Shown: positions 43,625 through 54,201 of the stretch, in pieces
Layout: each line of letters begins with the position of its first letter
Position numbering within the stretch: the stretch's first letter is position 1
From: Candidatus Sulfotelmatobacter sp.
GTDB lineage: Bacteria > Acidobacteriota > Terriglobia > Terriglobales > Acidobacteriaceae
Direction of reading: 5' to 3'
Assembly: GCA_036268025.1 (NCBI GenBank)
Contig: DATAUY010000133.1
Location: 38,442-102,441 of the forward strand
DNA length: 64,000 bases
Notes under the pieces: generated by a model
What the model was told of the DNA's origin: nothing
The model's input: only the letters and a program-made list of their open reading frames with translations
Database searches by the model: none
Translations under genes and position numbers: made by a program

Positions 43625-46600
43625 TTAAGGCAAAAGTCCGTAAACGTCGAGTTCCGTCTGGGTCCCGATATATACCTTCCCATTGGCGACCGTCGGCACG
43701 GCAAATTTTATGAATGTCCCTGCTTTATCGCGGGTCGAATTCTGGCCGCTGTTGTAAAGCTCGCGGGTAAGATTTGCGGCGTCATAGGCATGAAGTTGCG
43801 CAACGTTCCCGGTGATCGTACTAATGGCCCAGACAATTCCGTCGGCATTTCCGTTCGCCGATACCGCGGGCGTCGCGCCTGGGTATGGATAAGTGGTGGC
43901 AGATTCTGAAGTTGGCGATGTGGAAAGCAGCCCCTCCGAAAGCAGGAAAGATTTCAAGAAATCACCGACTCCACAGAAGTAAACATTGCTCTGCCAATAA
44001 GCTGGGTTGCTATGGGCATTCGGCACCGTGCCGGCAGGCAACGTTTGCAGCACTTGGTTCCCAAGCGGACTGTACTTCCCAAGGTTGGTGCGGTCCATCA
44101 GATACACCATTCCTTGCTTGCCGAAGACAACCAGCACATCAGTCGGAGGTGCGGGTTGGGTAGGCAATAGCAAAGGCCCTCCGGAACCCAAATCCAGATC
44201 TGAACCATTGAGCGATTGGAAGTTCGAGGGGACAAAATAGTCATTTACGTTGAGCGTGCTCCCACTGAGGCCGAGATTGAGCAGACCCTCGCTATAGTCG
44301 ATTCCTCCCTGATCGATGTCAGTCGTGCCATTTCCGATCGCAACGAAGATGTTGCCAAATTCATCGACGGCGGGGGCTGCGCCACTCTGCCAGATTCCAC
44401 CTTCAACACCGTTCGGGGTGGGGTTGAAAACTGCGACCTGTTGTAAGGAACCTTCCTCATATCCCATGAGCCAGCCATGGAAAGGCTGGATATCGCAATG
44501 CGAAGCCCAGCCGATGTAAACCACACCGTTATCAATGAACAAGCCGGCACGCTGGTTCTCCGTTTGCGGATTGAATATCACCGAACCATTTGCTGTGTTC
44601 ACGGATGCCTGAATAATGACCGGACTGCCCGGAGTTTCAAGGCCCGTCGTGATGTCAAGGGCGTGGAGGGTCTGGAAATACGAGGGCACACCGCCAGTGA
44701 CCACTTTCGTTCGCGCCAAGATATATATGGTGTTCGTCTGCGGATCGATCACTGGCGTGGAAGTGATGCCGACCTGCGGTGAAATATTGTTGCAGCCGCC
44801 GATGTCGGTTGTATTGAGCGTTTGCGCTCCGTTCGTCAGGAAACTCACTTGCCATAAAGGCGCGCTGCCTATTCCGTCAGCGTCGAAAGCGTACGCTGAG
44901 TCGTTTTCTGTTACCACATACAGCACGTTATGCGCACCCTGGCCGGGAATGTTAACGCCCTGAACGTACAACGGTTCCGCATATATTTGCCCATCCACGG
45001 GATAAGAAAATAATTTTCCAAACTGATCCACATTCACGTTGCCGGTGGTCAATACGGTTTCGTCCAGATTCTGACCGGTGCGCCCGTCGTCGTTGTGGTA
45101 TACGAAGGTCCCTGCGTAGGACGTAACCACCATGGGAACGCTTGCGCTCTGCGTCGGATTGGCGGTGCTGGTCGCGTTCACGAGGTGCGGGCCGGCGGCA
45201 AGTGGAGCGGTATACAAGCCGCTGGTGGATATTGTGCCCACGGTGCTGTTGCCGCCAGTGATACCGTCGACCGCCCACGTGACCGCCGAACTCACTACGC
45301 CATTGATGGAGGCCTGAAATTGTGCGGTCTGGCCAGGCGTCGCCGACGCCTGCACGGGACTGATCGAAACCGTGCTGCTCGGCTGGGTCGCGGTTCCGTT
45401 GAGCATCACGGTTTGCAGCGTGGATGGATCCGCGTCGGAAAAGGTGACAAATCCAGATCGCGATCCTGTCGCCGTGGGAGTGAACGTGACTTGCACGCTG
45501 CACTTTGCCCCAGCCGCCAACGACGAACCGCAATTGTTGGTCTCCCCATAATCGCCACTGGCCACGATGCTTGAAATGCTGAGCGCAGTAGCTCCTGAAT
45601 TTGTCAATGTGATGGTTTGCGGAGAACTTGTTGACAGCAGATTCTGCGATCCAAAGGTCAGAGTCGAGGGCGAAATCGAGGCCACGGGGCCTCCCGCTGT
45701 CCCGGTTCCACCCAAGGTAACTGATTGCGGACTGCCCGTAGCATTGTCGGATACGGAAACAGCTGCGGCCCGGGCACCCGCAGCGGTGGGCCTGAAGGTT
45801 ACGTCGATCGTGCAACTTCCTCCGTTAGCTACAGCAGTGCCGCAGTTGTTGGTTTGCGAAAAGTCCGCGGCGTTAGCGCCCGTGGCTGCAATGCTTGAAA
45901 TCGTCAGTGTGCCACTGCCGGTGTTGAACAGCGTAATTCCATTTACCGGGCTTGAGGTCCCGATCGCCTGATCGGGGAAGGTGACACTGGAAGTGCTGAA
46001 ACTCACGCTGGAGGCAATTCCCGTGCCTCCCAACGGCGCACTTTGCGGACTTCCTGCCGCATTGTCGCTGACGGAAATGCTGGCCTGACGCGATCCTGCG
46101 GCAATCGGCTTAAAACTAACGTTGATCGTGCAATTCGTGGCGGCAGCCAGAGAATTCCCGCAGTTGTTCGTTTCCGAGAAATCTCCTGGATCAAGGCCGG
46201 TAATCGTTATGCCTGTAATTGTCAGGGTCGCATTCCCGGCATTGCTCAGGGTCAATTTCTGCGCGCTGCTGGTGGATCCCACGTTAACGTTTCCAAAAGA
46301 AAGAGTGCTGGGAGACAACGTGACCGTGGCTGCGATGCCCGTGCCGCTCAGAGACGCCGTCTGCGGGCTTCCGCTGGCATTGTCCGCAATGCTGACCGTC
46401 GCAGTGCGTGTGCCGGTTGCGGTTGGTTTGAAGGTCACGTTGACCTGGCAGCTTCCACCGGCCACGACTTTGCTGCAGGTATTGGTCTGCAAGAAGTCGG
46501 TCTTGTTCGTGCCGGTAATGCTGATGCTAGTCACGGTCAGCCCTGCTCCACCCGCATTGGTGAGCGTTATGGTGGAAATCGAGCTTGATGATCCAACAAT

Positions 46601-49600
46601 CTGGTCCGGGAATGTGACGCTGGTTGGGGAAAGGGTCACGCTCGGAGCAATGCCGGTGCCGGTAAGAGGAACGGTTTGAGGACTGGTGCTGGCGCTGTCG
46701 GTAACGGTGAGCGTGCCTGGCGCCACGCCCGCTGCCGCCGGCGAAAAGGTGACGCTGATCGTGCAATTCGCTCCCTTTGTGACCGAGGCGCCGCAAGTAT
46801 TGGTCTGAGAATAGTTGGCAGATGTTGCAACCTTGGTGATGGTCAGCGTCGCGCCTGTATTGTTGGTGAGGGTAATCGCTTTCACGCCACTTTTGGCCCC
46901 GACGCTTACATTGCCAAAGTTTGCACTGGTGGGCGCAAATAGGACGGCTGGTGTCGTTCCTGTTCCCATCAGCGTCACACTTTGCGGGCTGCTGGAGGCA
47001 TTGTCTGTAATGACGACTGTTCCCAAATTTGTTCCTGAAGAGGTCGGAGTAAACGCGACGCTGATCGCGCAGTTTGCTCCCGCAGCGACCGAACCGCCAC
47101 ACGTATTGGTCTGCGAATAATTGCCGGTCGTGGAAATGGTCGTGATGGTGAGCGGTCCGCTGCCCGTATTGGTGAGCGTAACCGTTTGCACTGGACTCGT
47201 CGTGTCTACGCTCTGATTGCCGAAGGTTAACGAGGTGGGTGACAGGCTGATTCCCGGCGCGCTTGTCCCTGTGCCGCTAAGACTGACCGTTTGTGGGCTG
47301 CCTGCGACGTTGTCAGCTACGCTGACGTTCCCCGTGAGAGTGCCGGTGATCGTCGGTGCAAACGTAACCGTGATGATGCACGCCCCGCCGGCGGCGATCG
47401 TCGTTCCACAGGTATTGGTCTGGCTGAAGTTTGCGCTGGCAGTTATGGATGTGATCGTAAGCGGCACGCTGCCCGCATTCGTAAGCGTGACCGTCTGCGC
47501 GGGACTCGTTGTCCCTACCGTTTGCGAACTGAATGTCAGGCTGCTTGGGGAAAGAGTCACGCTTGCAGACACACCCGTTCCCAGTAGACTGACCAGTTGA
47601 GGGCTGCCCGAAGCATTGTCGGCAATGGAAAGATTGGCGGTCATTGTTCCGCCCGCCGTAGGCAGGAATGTGACATTGATCGTGCAACTAGTGCCGCCAT
47701 TCATACTGGCCGGGCAGTTATTGGTCTGACTGTATTGGTTGCTGTTCGTGCCGGTGATCGTGATGCTGCCGATCGCGAGCGCCGCGCTGCCTGAGTTAGT
47801 CAGCACCACGCTTTGTGCGGCACTTTGAGTGCCGATACTTTGTGACCCGAACGCCAGACTTGTTGTCGAGAGCTTGGCCGCAGGCCCCTGTAGCAGGATC
47901 GAAACCGTGTTGTCTTCGGAGTTCGAAGCAACAAGATCGAGTCTGCCATCCAGATTGAAATCTCCGGCCGCCAGTCCGATCGGCGAGTCGCCCGTAGGAA
48001 AAGTGACCGCCGTTGCCGTGCTGAACGTGCCGTCGCCGTTCCCAGGCAGGATGGAAACGGTGTTGTCACCAAAGTTCGAAACTGCAACGTCGAGTTTGCC
48101 GTTATTGAAGAAATCTCCCACCATCAGCGCGAAGGGCAAATCCCCGACTGGATAAGTCACGCCGTTGGCGAAAACTCCACTTCCGCGATTCAAAAGGACA
48201 GAGACAGTATTGCTGCCATTGTTGGAGGCGACCAGGTCAAGCTTGCCGTCACCGTTCAAATCCGGCGCGACCAAGCCGTCCGGGTCAGAGCCGGTCCCAT
48301 AAAAGACGGCGCTTTGGAAAGTTCCATCACCGTTACCGAAAAAAACACCGATATTGTTCGTTCCGGAATTGACCGTAGCGAAATCAACAATCCCGTCTCC
48401 ATTGAAATCGCCAGCCACGATAGCAATGGGGCTGGATCCAGCTGGGTAAGTCACGCCTGACTTGAAGGTGCCATCCCCCATTCCGAGATAAACGGAGATC
48501 GTGTTATCGGCGCTGTTCACCGAAATGATGTCGAGGAATCCGTCGCCGTTGACGTCGGCGGTGGTGACCGCGATCGGTTCCGTGCCACCTGCATAGTCCA
48601 AGTGAGGCTGGAAGGTGCCATCGCCATTGCCAAGCAGCACAGAAATTGTGTAAGACGCACGATTGGCGGTGACGATGTCCAGTTTGCCGTCGCCATTGAA
48701 GTCGCCGACGGCGACCGCGCAAGGATCCGTGCCCGTCGCCGGACTCGATTGCAGAGTAAATCCTCCCGATCCGTTTCCTACCAGAATCGAAACCGTATTG
48801 GAATTGCGATTGCCTACGGCAATGTCAGGCTTGCCGTCGTTGTTGAAATCGCCAACTATCACGCCACGCGGATTCGTCCCCACGTTTAATGTCGATCCCC
48901 CCATCGCGATGGTCTTGACGGAGGTAGCGATTTGAAAAAATTGTGGATTCGACGCGCCGCCTGAGGGAATCGGGTTGTTGACGACTATCTTGCCGGTTCC
49001 TGCCACAGCCAGATCCGAGGAGAGAAGAGAGGCCTTGAGCTGCATCGTGCTTACGAATGTTGTAGTCCGGCTCGCGCCATTCCAGAGAACCGAAGCCCCG
49101 TTGGCAAATCCCACGCCATTCACCGTCACGTTGGTGGCCGCGCTTCCAGGAGATGCGGCCGTCGGGACCAGGGGCTGTTGAAGTAAAGGAACAGGATTCG
49201 GCACAGTTCCAGACAAAGGGATGCTTTGCGGACTTCCAGACGCGTTGTCGGTGACGAGGACTGAGGCACTCCGGGAACCGGTTGCAGTCGGCTGAAACCG
49301 AACGCTGATGGTGCAGTTGCCGCCCACTGGCACAGAACTTCCGCATGTATTGCTTTGGCTGAAGTCAGCCGGGTTCGTGCCGCTTATCGAAATGCTCGTA
49401 ATGCTCAACACGGAAGTCGCTGCGTTGGTGAGGGTTACGTTCTGCGGATTGCTCGTCACTTGTAGAGGCTGGCTGGCGAAAGTCAGAGACGAAGGAGAAA
49501 GACCGACCGTAGAAGACGAGGTGCCGGTACCCGTGAGCGTGGCGGGAACCGGGGAAATAGCCGACGTAAAAGTCACGTTGACGGTCGCGGAGCGGCTTCC

Positions 49601-50260
49601 CACAGCCGCAGGGGTAAAGCTTATGCTGATCGTGCAGGATGCTCCGGCGCTAATGCTTCCACAGCTGTTCGTCTGGGAAAAATCGGACGCGTTGGCTCCG
49701 CCAATGGTGATCGTGGAAACGCGAACGGTGCTCTGGCCGACGTTGGAAAGCGTAAGTGTCTGGCCGGCAGATTTCGTACCTACGGCTTGATTGCCAAAGT
49801 TAATAGTGGCTGGCGAAAGGCTCCCGATGGTTCCAGTTCCCGTGAGAGAAATGACCTGCGGGCTGCCCGTGGCACTATCCGTGATTGTCAGAGTTCCATT
49901 TGCTGTGCCGTTTACTTGAGGCGAGAACGTAACCGAGATCGTACAACTGGCTGAGACCGCCAGTGTTGCCCCGCAAGTCCTGGTTTGCGCAAACCCATTG
50001 CTCGCAATAATGCTGGAGAGTGTTACAGAACTGGCGCCTGTGTTGGTGAGGGTGACGGTCTGAGCCGGACTGGTGGTTCCCTTAAGCTGCGTGCTGAAAG
50101 TGAGACTGGTTGGCGATAAAGACACCGAACTGGCCGCCTGAGCCCACGAGCAGGAAAAAAATAATAGGAACGACATCAGCAAAGCACGGGAGCAACGTGG
50201 GAGGGGACCCGGGCAGGAATTGCCAGGGAAACGGCGCGAAAGTCCAGAAGTGGACGGCAC
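43625..50260 (-). CDS. Giant secreted multi-domain protein: 3 + 8 Ig-like Cys-pair modules, IPT-like domain, 7 FG-GAP blades, Big-like domain, C-terminal PQQ/BamB-like propeller
   Basis: The GTG start at 50260 is preceded by AAGGGG. Signal peptide ...SWAQA. See the repeat features for the module arrays. The C-terminal 500 aa (YHNDDGRTGQN...VDGQIYAEPLYV...VVTENDSAYAFDA...GKVYIGT) resembles a PQQ-like beta-propeller. Confidence 0.85.
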   Translation of the reverse strand: MPSTSGLSRRFPGNSCPGPLPRCSRALLMSFLLFFSCSWAQAASSVSLSPTSLTFSTQLKGTTSPAQTVTLTNTGASSVTLSSIIASNGFAQTRTCGATLAVSASCTISVTFSPQVNGTANGTLTITDSATGSPQVISLTGTGTIGSLSPATINFGNQAVGTKSAGQTLTLSNVGQSTVRVSTITIGGANASDFSQTNSCGSISAGASCTISISFTPAAVGSRSATVNVTFTSAISPVPATLTGTGTSSSTVGLSPSSLTFASQPLQVTSNPQNVTLTNAATSVLSITSISISGTNPADFSQSNTCGSSVPVGGNCTISVRFQPTATGSRSASVLVTDNASGSPQSIPLSGTVPNPVPLLQQPLVPTAASPGSAATNVTVNGVGFANGASVLWNGASRTTTFVSTMQLKASLLSSDLAVAGTGKIVVNNPIPSGGASNPQFFQIATSVKTIAMGGSTLNVGTNPRGVIVGDFNNDGKPDIAVGNRNSNTVSILVGNGSGGFTLQSSPATGTDPCAVAVGDFNGDGKLDIVTANRASYTISVLLGNGDGTFQPHLDYAGGTEPIAVTTADVNGDGFLDIISVNSADNTISVYLGMGDGTFKSGVTYPAGSSPIAIVAGDFNGDGIVDFATVNSGTNNIGVFFGNGDGTFQSAVFYGTGSDPDGLVAPDLNGDGKLDLVASNNGSNTVSVLLNRGSGVFANGVTYPVGDLPFALMVGDFFNNGKLDVAVSNFGDNTVSILPGNGDGTFSTATAVTFPTGDSPIGLAAGDFNLDGRLDLVASNSEDNTVSILLQGPAAKLSTTSLAFGSQSIGTQSAAQSVVLTNSGSAALAIGSITITGTNSNQYSQTNNCPASMNGGTSCTINVTFLPTAGGTMTANLSIADNASGSPQLVSLLGTGVSASVTLSPSSLTFSSQTVGTTSPAQTVTLTNAGSVPLTITSITASANFSQTNTCGTTIAAGGACIITVTFAPTITGTLTGNVSVADNVAGSPQTVSLSGTGTSAPGISLSPTSLTFGNQSVDTTSPVQTVTLTNTGSGPLTITTISTTGNYSQTNTCGGSVAAGANCAISVAFTPTSSGTNLGTVVITDNASSSPQSVTLMGTGTTPAVLFAPTSANFGNVSVGAKSGVKAITLTNNTGATLTITKVATSANYSQTNTCGASVTKGANCTISVTFSPAAAGVAPGTLTVTDSASTSPQTVPLTGTGIAPSVTLSPTSVTFPDQIVGSSSSISTITLTNAGGAGLTVTSISITGTNKTDFLQTNTCSKVVAGGSCQVNVTFKPTATGTRTATVSIADNASGSPQTASLSGTGIAATVTLSPSTLSFGNVNVGSTSSAQKLTLSNAGNATLTITGITITGLDPGDFSETNNCGNSLAAATNCTINVSFKPIAAGSRQASISVSDNAAGSPQSAPLGGTGIASSVSFSTSSVTFPDQAIGTSSPVNGITLFNTGSGTLTISSIAATGANAADFSQTNNCGTAVANGGSCTIDVTFRPTAAGARAAAVSVSDNATGSPQSVTLGGTGTAGGPVASISPSTLTFGSQNLLSTSSPQTITLTNSGATALSISSIVASGDYGETNNCGSSLAAGAKCSVQVTFTPTATGSRSGFVTFSDADPSTLQTVMLNGTATQPSSTVSISPVQASATPGQTAQFQASINGVVSSAVTWAVDGITGGNSTVGTISTSGLYTAPLAAGPHLVNATSTANPTQSASVPMVVTSYAGTFVYHNDDGRTGQNLDETVLTTGNVNVDQFGKLFSYPVDGQIYAEPLYVQGVNIPGQGAHNVLYVVTENDSAYAFDADGIGSAPLWQVSFLTNGAQTLNTTDIGGCNNISPQVGITSTPVIDPQTNTIYILARTKVVTGGVPSYFQTLHALDITTGLETPGSPVIIQASVNTANGSVIFNPQTENQRAGLFIDNGVVYIGWASHCDIQPFHGWLMGYEEGSLQQVAVFNPTPNGVEGGIWQSGAAPAVDEFGNIFVAIGNGTTDIDQGGIDYSEGLLNLGLSGSTLNVNDYFVPSNFQSLNGSDLDLGSGGPLLLPTQPAPPTDVLVVFGKQGMVYLMDRTNLGKYSPLGNQVLQTLPAGTVPNAHSNPAYWQSNVYFCGVGDFLKSFLLSEGLLSTSPTSESATTYPYPGATPAVSANGNADGIVWAISTITGNVAQLHAYDAANLTRELYNSGQNSTRDKAGTFIKFAVPTVANGKVYIGTQTELDVYGLLP
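45386..47878 (-). repeat. Eight tandem modules of about 104 aa (coding repeats) inside the giant gene
   Basis: Each module follows the pattern LSP.SL.F..Q.VG..S..Q.VTLTN.G...L.I.SI...G....FSQTN.CG..(8-10 aa).C.I.V.F.P...G.....(V/I).D.A.GSPQ...L.GTG, with two invariant Cys (protein residues about 795-1625). Confidence 0.85.
47885..48898 (-). repeat. Seven FG-GAP/VCBS blades inside the giant gene
   Basis: DFNNDGKPDI, DFNGDGKLDI, DVNGDGFLDI, DFNGDGIVDF, DLNGDGKLDL, DFFNNGKLDV and DFNLDGRLDL, each followed by N..(S/D)NT(V/I)S(V/I)LL(G/N).G.G.F. Confidence 0.85.
49205..50131 (-). repeat. Three N-terminal copies of the same Cys-pair Ig-like module inside the giant gene
   Basis: Protein residues about 44-352; same consensus as the eight-copy array. 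Confidence 0.8.
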
Positions 50261-50621
50261 GGACCTACCCCTTGTTCGATAGTTAAAGGTTTACGGCGAA
50301 ACCAGCCGTAAGAGGCCAGAAACGGGGAGCTTGAGTATCTCATACAGATTGTCCTTGGGGAAGGGTCTTCTATTCTCTTCGCGATCCTCCAAATCCCTTG
50401 CGGGGCAGGACTTTTGCGGCATTGCACGGTAAGAGAGAGACTGCGGAAACTCAAGGCTGGGGTCTTCTGCTTTCACGTGTCGAGCCCAGTTTGCCGGGCC
50501 GAGATGCGGTGGATCATTGCCCTCCGCATGTTGCGAGCGGATCGGATTCCGCCCTTGCTCCAGTGCGTGGCCCTATGAAAAACTAGGAAGTTAATAGCTT
50601 CCCACCAGGTTCCAGCAAACT

Positions 50622-52031
50622 ATGTCTAGTGTGCGCACATTGTTCGAGAAAATTTGGGACGCGCATCTTGTCGCGCAACCGGCCGGTCGGTCGCCCATTG
50701 TGTACATCGATTTGCACCTCGTCCACGAGGTGACTTCGCCGCAGGCGTTCGATGGCTTGCGGGCCGGGGGGAGAAGAGTCCGGCAGCCTGCGCGAACTGT
50801 CGCCACCGTCGATCACAACATCCCTACGGAACCGCGGGGAACTCCGATCACAGATCTGATAGCCGCAAAGCAGATTTCCGCCTTGCAGCAGAATTGCAAG
50901 GAGTTCGGCGTCCGGCTGTTTGATATGGATTCGCCGGAGCAAGGCATAGTGCACGTGATTGGCCCCGAGTTGGGGATTACGCAACCGGGGATGACGATCG
51001 TGTGCGGAGACAGCCACACGAGCACTCATGGCGCGTTTGGAGCGCTGGCGTTTGGTATCGGCACTTCAGAAGTCGAACACGTGCTGGCCACGCAATGCCT
51101 GACGCAATCCAAACCGAAAACCATGAAGATTGATGTTCGCGGCCAGTTGGCCGAGGGCGTGACCGCGAAGGATCTGGCCCTCGGAATCATTGGCCAAATC
51201 GGGACCGATGGCGCGACAGGACACGTAATCGAATACGCCGGCGATGCGGTCCGGGCGCTATCGATGGAGAGTCGAATGACTCTCTGTAACATGAGCATCG
51301 AGGCGGGCGCTCGGGCGGGCATGATTGCGCCCGACGAAACGACAATTGGCTATGTGAAAGAACGCCGCTTCGCGCCCGCTGGAGCCGATTGGGACAAGGC
51401 GGTTGCATACTGGCGCAGCTTGCCGTCCGATCAACATGCTTCTTTCGACAAGGTCGTGGAGATCGATGCCACCCATCTCGGCCCCTTCGTGACCTGGGGA
51501 ACGAACCCGGGCATGGTCGCTCCGGTGACCGGGCGCGTGCCGGAGATCAGCGCGATGCAGAACTCCGATAGGCGTGCTGCTGAACTCGCATTGCAATACA
51601 TGGCGCTTGAGCCAGGACGAAAAATTGAAGATATCGGCATCGACCGCGTCTTTATCGGTTCATGCACGAATTCGCGCATCGAAGACTTGCGTGCGGCAGC
51701 TCGCGTGGCCAAGGGGCACCATGTGAATCCAAAGGTCCGCGCGATGGTTGTGCCGGGATCGCAAGCCGTGAAGCGCGTGGCAGAACAAGAGGGCTTGCAC
51801 CGCATCTTTCAGGAAGCGGGCTTCGAGTGGCGGGAATCCGGGTGCTCGATGTGTCTGGGAATGAACCCCGATATTTTGCAGCCGGGCGAGCGCTGTGCTT
51901 CCACAAGCAACCGCAACTTCGAAGGGCGGCAGGGGCGCGGAGGACGGACGCATCTTGTCAGTCCTATGATGGCCGCGGCTGCCGCGATCGCCGGGCATTT
52001 CACAGACATTCGCGGTTGGAAGTTTCAGTAA
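50622..52031 (+). CDS. leuC: 3-isopropylmalate dehydratase large subunit
   Basis: [17 protein letters not shown]...[51 protein letters not shown] and CSMCLGMN (aconitase-family FeS Cys ligands). Confidence 0.95.
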   Translation: MSSVRTLFEKIWDAHLVAQPAGRSPIVYIDLHLVHEVTSPQAFDGLRAGGRRVRQPARTVATVDHNIPTEPRGTPITDLIAAKQISALQQNCKEFGVRLFDMDSPEQGIVHVIGPELGITQPGMTIVCGDSHTSTHGAFGALAFGIGTSEVEHVLATQCLTQSKPKTMKIDVRGQLAEGVTAKDLALGIIGQIGTDGATGHVIEYAGDAVRALSMESRMTLCNMSIEAGARAGMIAPDETTIGYVKERRFAPAGADWDKAVAYWRSLPSDQHASFDKVVEIDATHLGPFVTWGTNPGMVAPVTGRVPEISAMQNSDRRAAELALQYMALEPGRKIEDIGIDRVFIGSCTNSRIEDLRAAARVAKGHHVNPKVRAMVVPGSQAVKRVAEQEGLHRIFQEAGFEWRESGCSMCLGMNPDILQPGERCASTSNRNFEGRQGRGGRTHLVSPMMAAAAAIAGHFTDIRGWKFQ

Positions 52032-52033
52032 TT

Positions 52034-52651
52034 ATGAAACCATTCACAGTACATCGCGGGCGCGTTGCTCCTCTGGATCGGGTCAACGTCGACACCGATC
52101 AGATCATCCCCAAGCAGTTTCTGAAACGAATTGAGAAGAGCGGATTTGGGCAGTTTGTCTTCTACGATTGGCGATTCAGCGCGGCCGGAAAGAAAAATCC
52201 CGACTTTGTTCTACATGAGCCGCGCTACGAAGGCGCAAGCATTCTCGTCGCCGGCAGGAATTTCGGTTGTGGATCATCGCGCGAGCATGCTGTGTGGGCG
52301 CTGAACGATTTCGGATTTCGGGCTGTCATCTCGTCGTCATTCGCCGACATCTTTGCCAACAACAGCACAAAAAACGGATTTCTGACCGTGCGCCTGAGCG
52401 AAGACAATGTCGCCACACTCATGCAGCGCGCGGAGGAGATTGAAGACTACTCCCTCACCATCGATCTCCAGAAGAGCGAGGTGCGCGACGATCATGGATT
52501 CCTTGCCAACTTTCCGATGGATGACTTTGTCCGGCATTGCCTTCTGAATGGGCTCGACGATATCGGCCTCACGTTGAAACATGAAGCCGAAATCGCAGCA
52601 TATGAGGCGCAGCACCCCGCGCCAGCCGCGCTGAAAATGCCAATTCGGTAA
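52034..52651 (+). CDS. leuD: 3-isopropylmalate dehydratase small subunit
   Basis: MKPFTVHRGRVAPLDRVNVDTDQIIPKQFLKRI and GRNFGCGSSREHAVWAL. ATG 52034 lies 2 nt after the leuC stop. The ORF-track start at 51662 is an out-of-context read-through inside leuC. Confidence 0.95.
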   Translation: MKPFTVHRGRVAPLDRVNVDTDQIIPKQFLKRIEKSGFGQFVFYDWRFSAAGKKNPDFVLHEPRYEGASILVAGRNFGCGSSREHAVWALNDFGFRAVISSSFADIFANNSTKNGFLTVRLSEDNVATLMQRAEEIEDYSLTIDLQKSEVRDDHGFLANFPMDDFVRHCLLNGLDDIGLTLKHEAEIAAYEAQHPAPAALKMPIR

Positions 52652-52909
52652 ACAGAGGGTCAAACGGAGTAAAGATTTGTAAAACTCCCGCACCGGTATT
52701 GACCCGCTATACGCGCGCGGTTGAAGCTAGATAGGCGGTTTTGCCAACCTTCACTTCTTTCTTGATCTGGGTCTGCTCAGAGAAGGTCCCGCGGGCATGG
52801 AATTTCGCTTTTCGAGGCAGAGTTGCCGCAACCGAGACTAAAATGCAAACGTCTAACAACCGGACTTACTACCGGGCCCGGGTCGAATGAACGCTGACGG
52901 AAAAACCCT

Positions 52910-54121
52910 GTGACCATGCCAAATTCCTATGAAAGAAAGGCCTGCGCAGTAGGCATTACGCACGTTCTAGCCTTCTGCTCTCTGGCCGCCCTCTCGTCGT
53001 TCCTTGGGTGTAGCAGCGGAGCTACCTCTAAATCGCAGAATGCGCACGCCGCCGGTCCCCGTTCCATTTCTGTGGCCATCGCGCCTGTACAAAAGCAGGA
53101 TGTCCCAGTCTATCTCTCCGGGCTCGGTTCAGTGACGGCATTCAACACCGCCAACATCAAGAGCCGCGTAGATGGCCAAATCATGAAGGTGAACTTTCGT
53201 GAAGGCCAGGACGTCCGCGAAGGTGAGTTACTGATCGAGATCGATTCCCGCCCTTACCAGGTCCAGGTTGAGCAAATGCAAGCGCAATTATTTCGCGATC
53301 AGGCACAACTGCGCGACGCGAAACTGAACCTTGAGCGTTACACCACCCTGATTCCCTCGGGAAGCATTGCGCAACAACAGGTGGACACCCAAAAAGCGCT
53401 GGTAGACCAACTGGATGGAACTGTACGTACGGATCAGGCTCAAATCGACAGCGCCAAGCTGAATATCATTTACTGCCACATCACGGCCCCATTCAGTGGG
53501 CGTGTTGGATTGCGGCAAGTCGACCCTGGAAACATTGTCCATGCGTCGGATACGAACCCGATGCTGATCCTCACGCAGTTGCAGCCCATCGCCGTGATTT
53601 TCACGCTTCCCGAAGATGTCCTGCCAAGCGTCGCAGAACACATGAAAAAGACGACGCTGGAAGTGGATGCGTTCAGCCGCGACGACCAAACGAAACTGGC
53701 AACTGGGAAACTGCTGACCATTGACAATCAAATCGATCCGACGACCGGAACCGCGAAGCTGAAGTCCGTGTTCGATAATCGCGATAACAAACTATGGCCG
53801 AATCAATTCGTTAATGCTGATCTGCTGCTGGAGACAAGAAAGAACAGTACCGTCCTTCCGACCGCCGCGATCTTGCGCGGTCCGCAAGGCGCGTTCGTTT
53901 ACTCCGTTAATGCAGACAAGACGGTGCAAGACCGCCCGGTGACCATCTCATTAACCCAGGGCGATACCACGGTCATTACGAGCGGCGTAAACCCGGGAGA
54001 CACGGTAGTGACAGACGGGCAGGACAAGCTCCAAACTGGCAGTCACATCGAGCCGCGCAGCGGCACTCCGACTTCCGGAACTGCAAAATCGAACGCGGGC
54101 GGACAGGCTCCGGGAAGCTAG
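52910..54121 (+). CDS. mdtA: RND efflux periplasmic adaptor, MdtA-like
   Basis: Lipoprotein-like N-terminus (FLGC). VDGQIMKVNFREGQDVREGELLIEIDSRPYQ, coiled-coil hairpin, ITAPFSGRVGLRQVDPGNIV. Lies upstream of paired RND pumps. Confidence 0.85.
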   Translation: MTMPNSYERKACAVGITHVLAFCSLAALSSFLGCSSGATSKSQNAHAAGPRSISVAIAPVQKQDVPVYLSGLGSVTAFNTANIKSRVDGQIMKVNFREGQDVREGELLIEIDSRPYQVQVEQMQAQLFRDQAQLRDAKLNLERYTTLIPSGSIAQQQVDTQKALVDQLDGTVRTDQAQIDSAKLNIIYCHITAPFSGRVGLRQVDPGNIVHASDTNPMLILTQLQPIAVIFTLPEDVLPSVAEHMKKTTLEVDAFSRDDQTKLATGKLLTIDNQIDPTTGTAKLKSVFDNRDNKLWPNQFVNADLLLETRKNSTVLPTAAILRGPQGAFVYSVNADKTVQDRPVTISLTQGDTTVITSGVNPGDTVVTDGQDKLQTGSHIEPRSGTPTSGTAKSNAGGQAPGS

Positions 54122-54201
54122 CTCGCACAGCAATGACCGCGAAAAAGATAGCAAGTATTCGAGGGACGGAGCGAAGCTCCTTCCCTCATTAAGACCGTCT
54201 C

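Noticed and set aside
50261-50621. 360-nt gap upstream of leuC with short hairpins (for example GGAAGTTAATAGCTTCC at about 50587-50603); possible leucine leader or attenuator
   Set aside because: I could not find a Leu-codon-rich leader peptide or a convincing terminator/antiterminator pair by eye. It needs covariance-model scanning before any claim.
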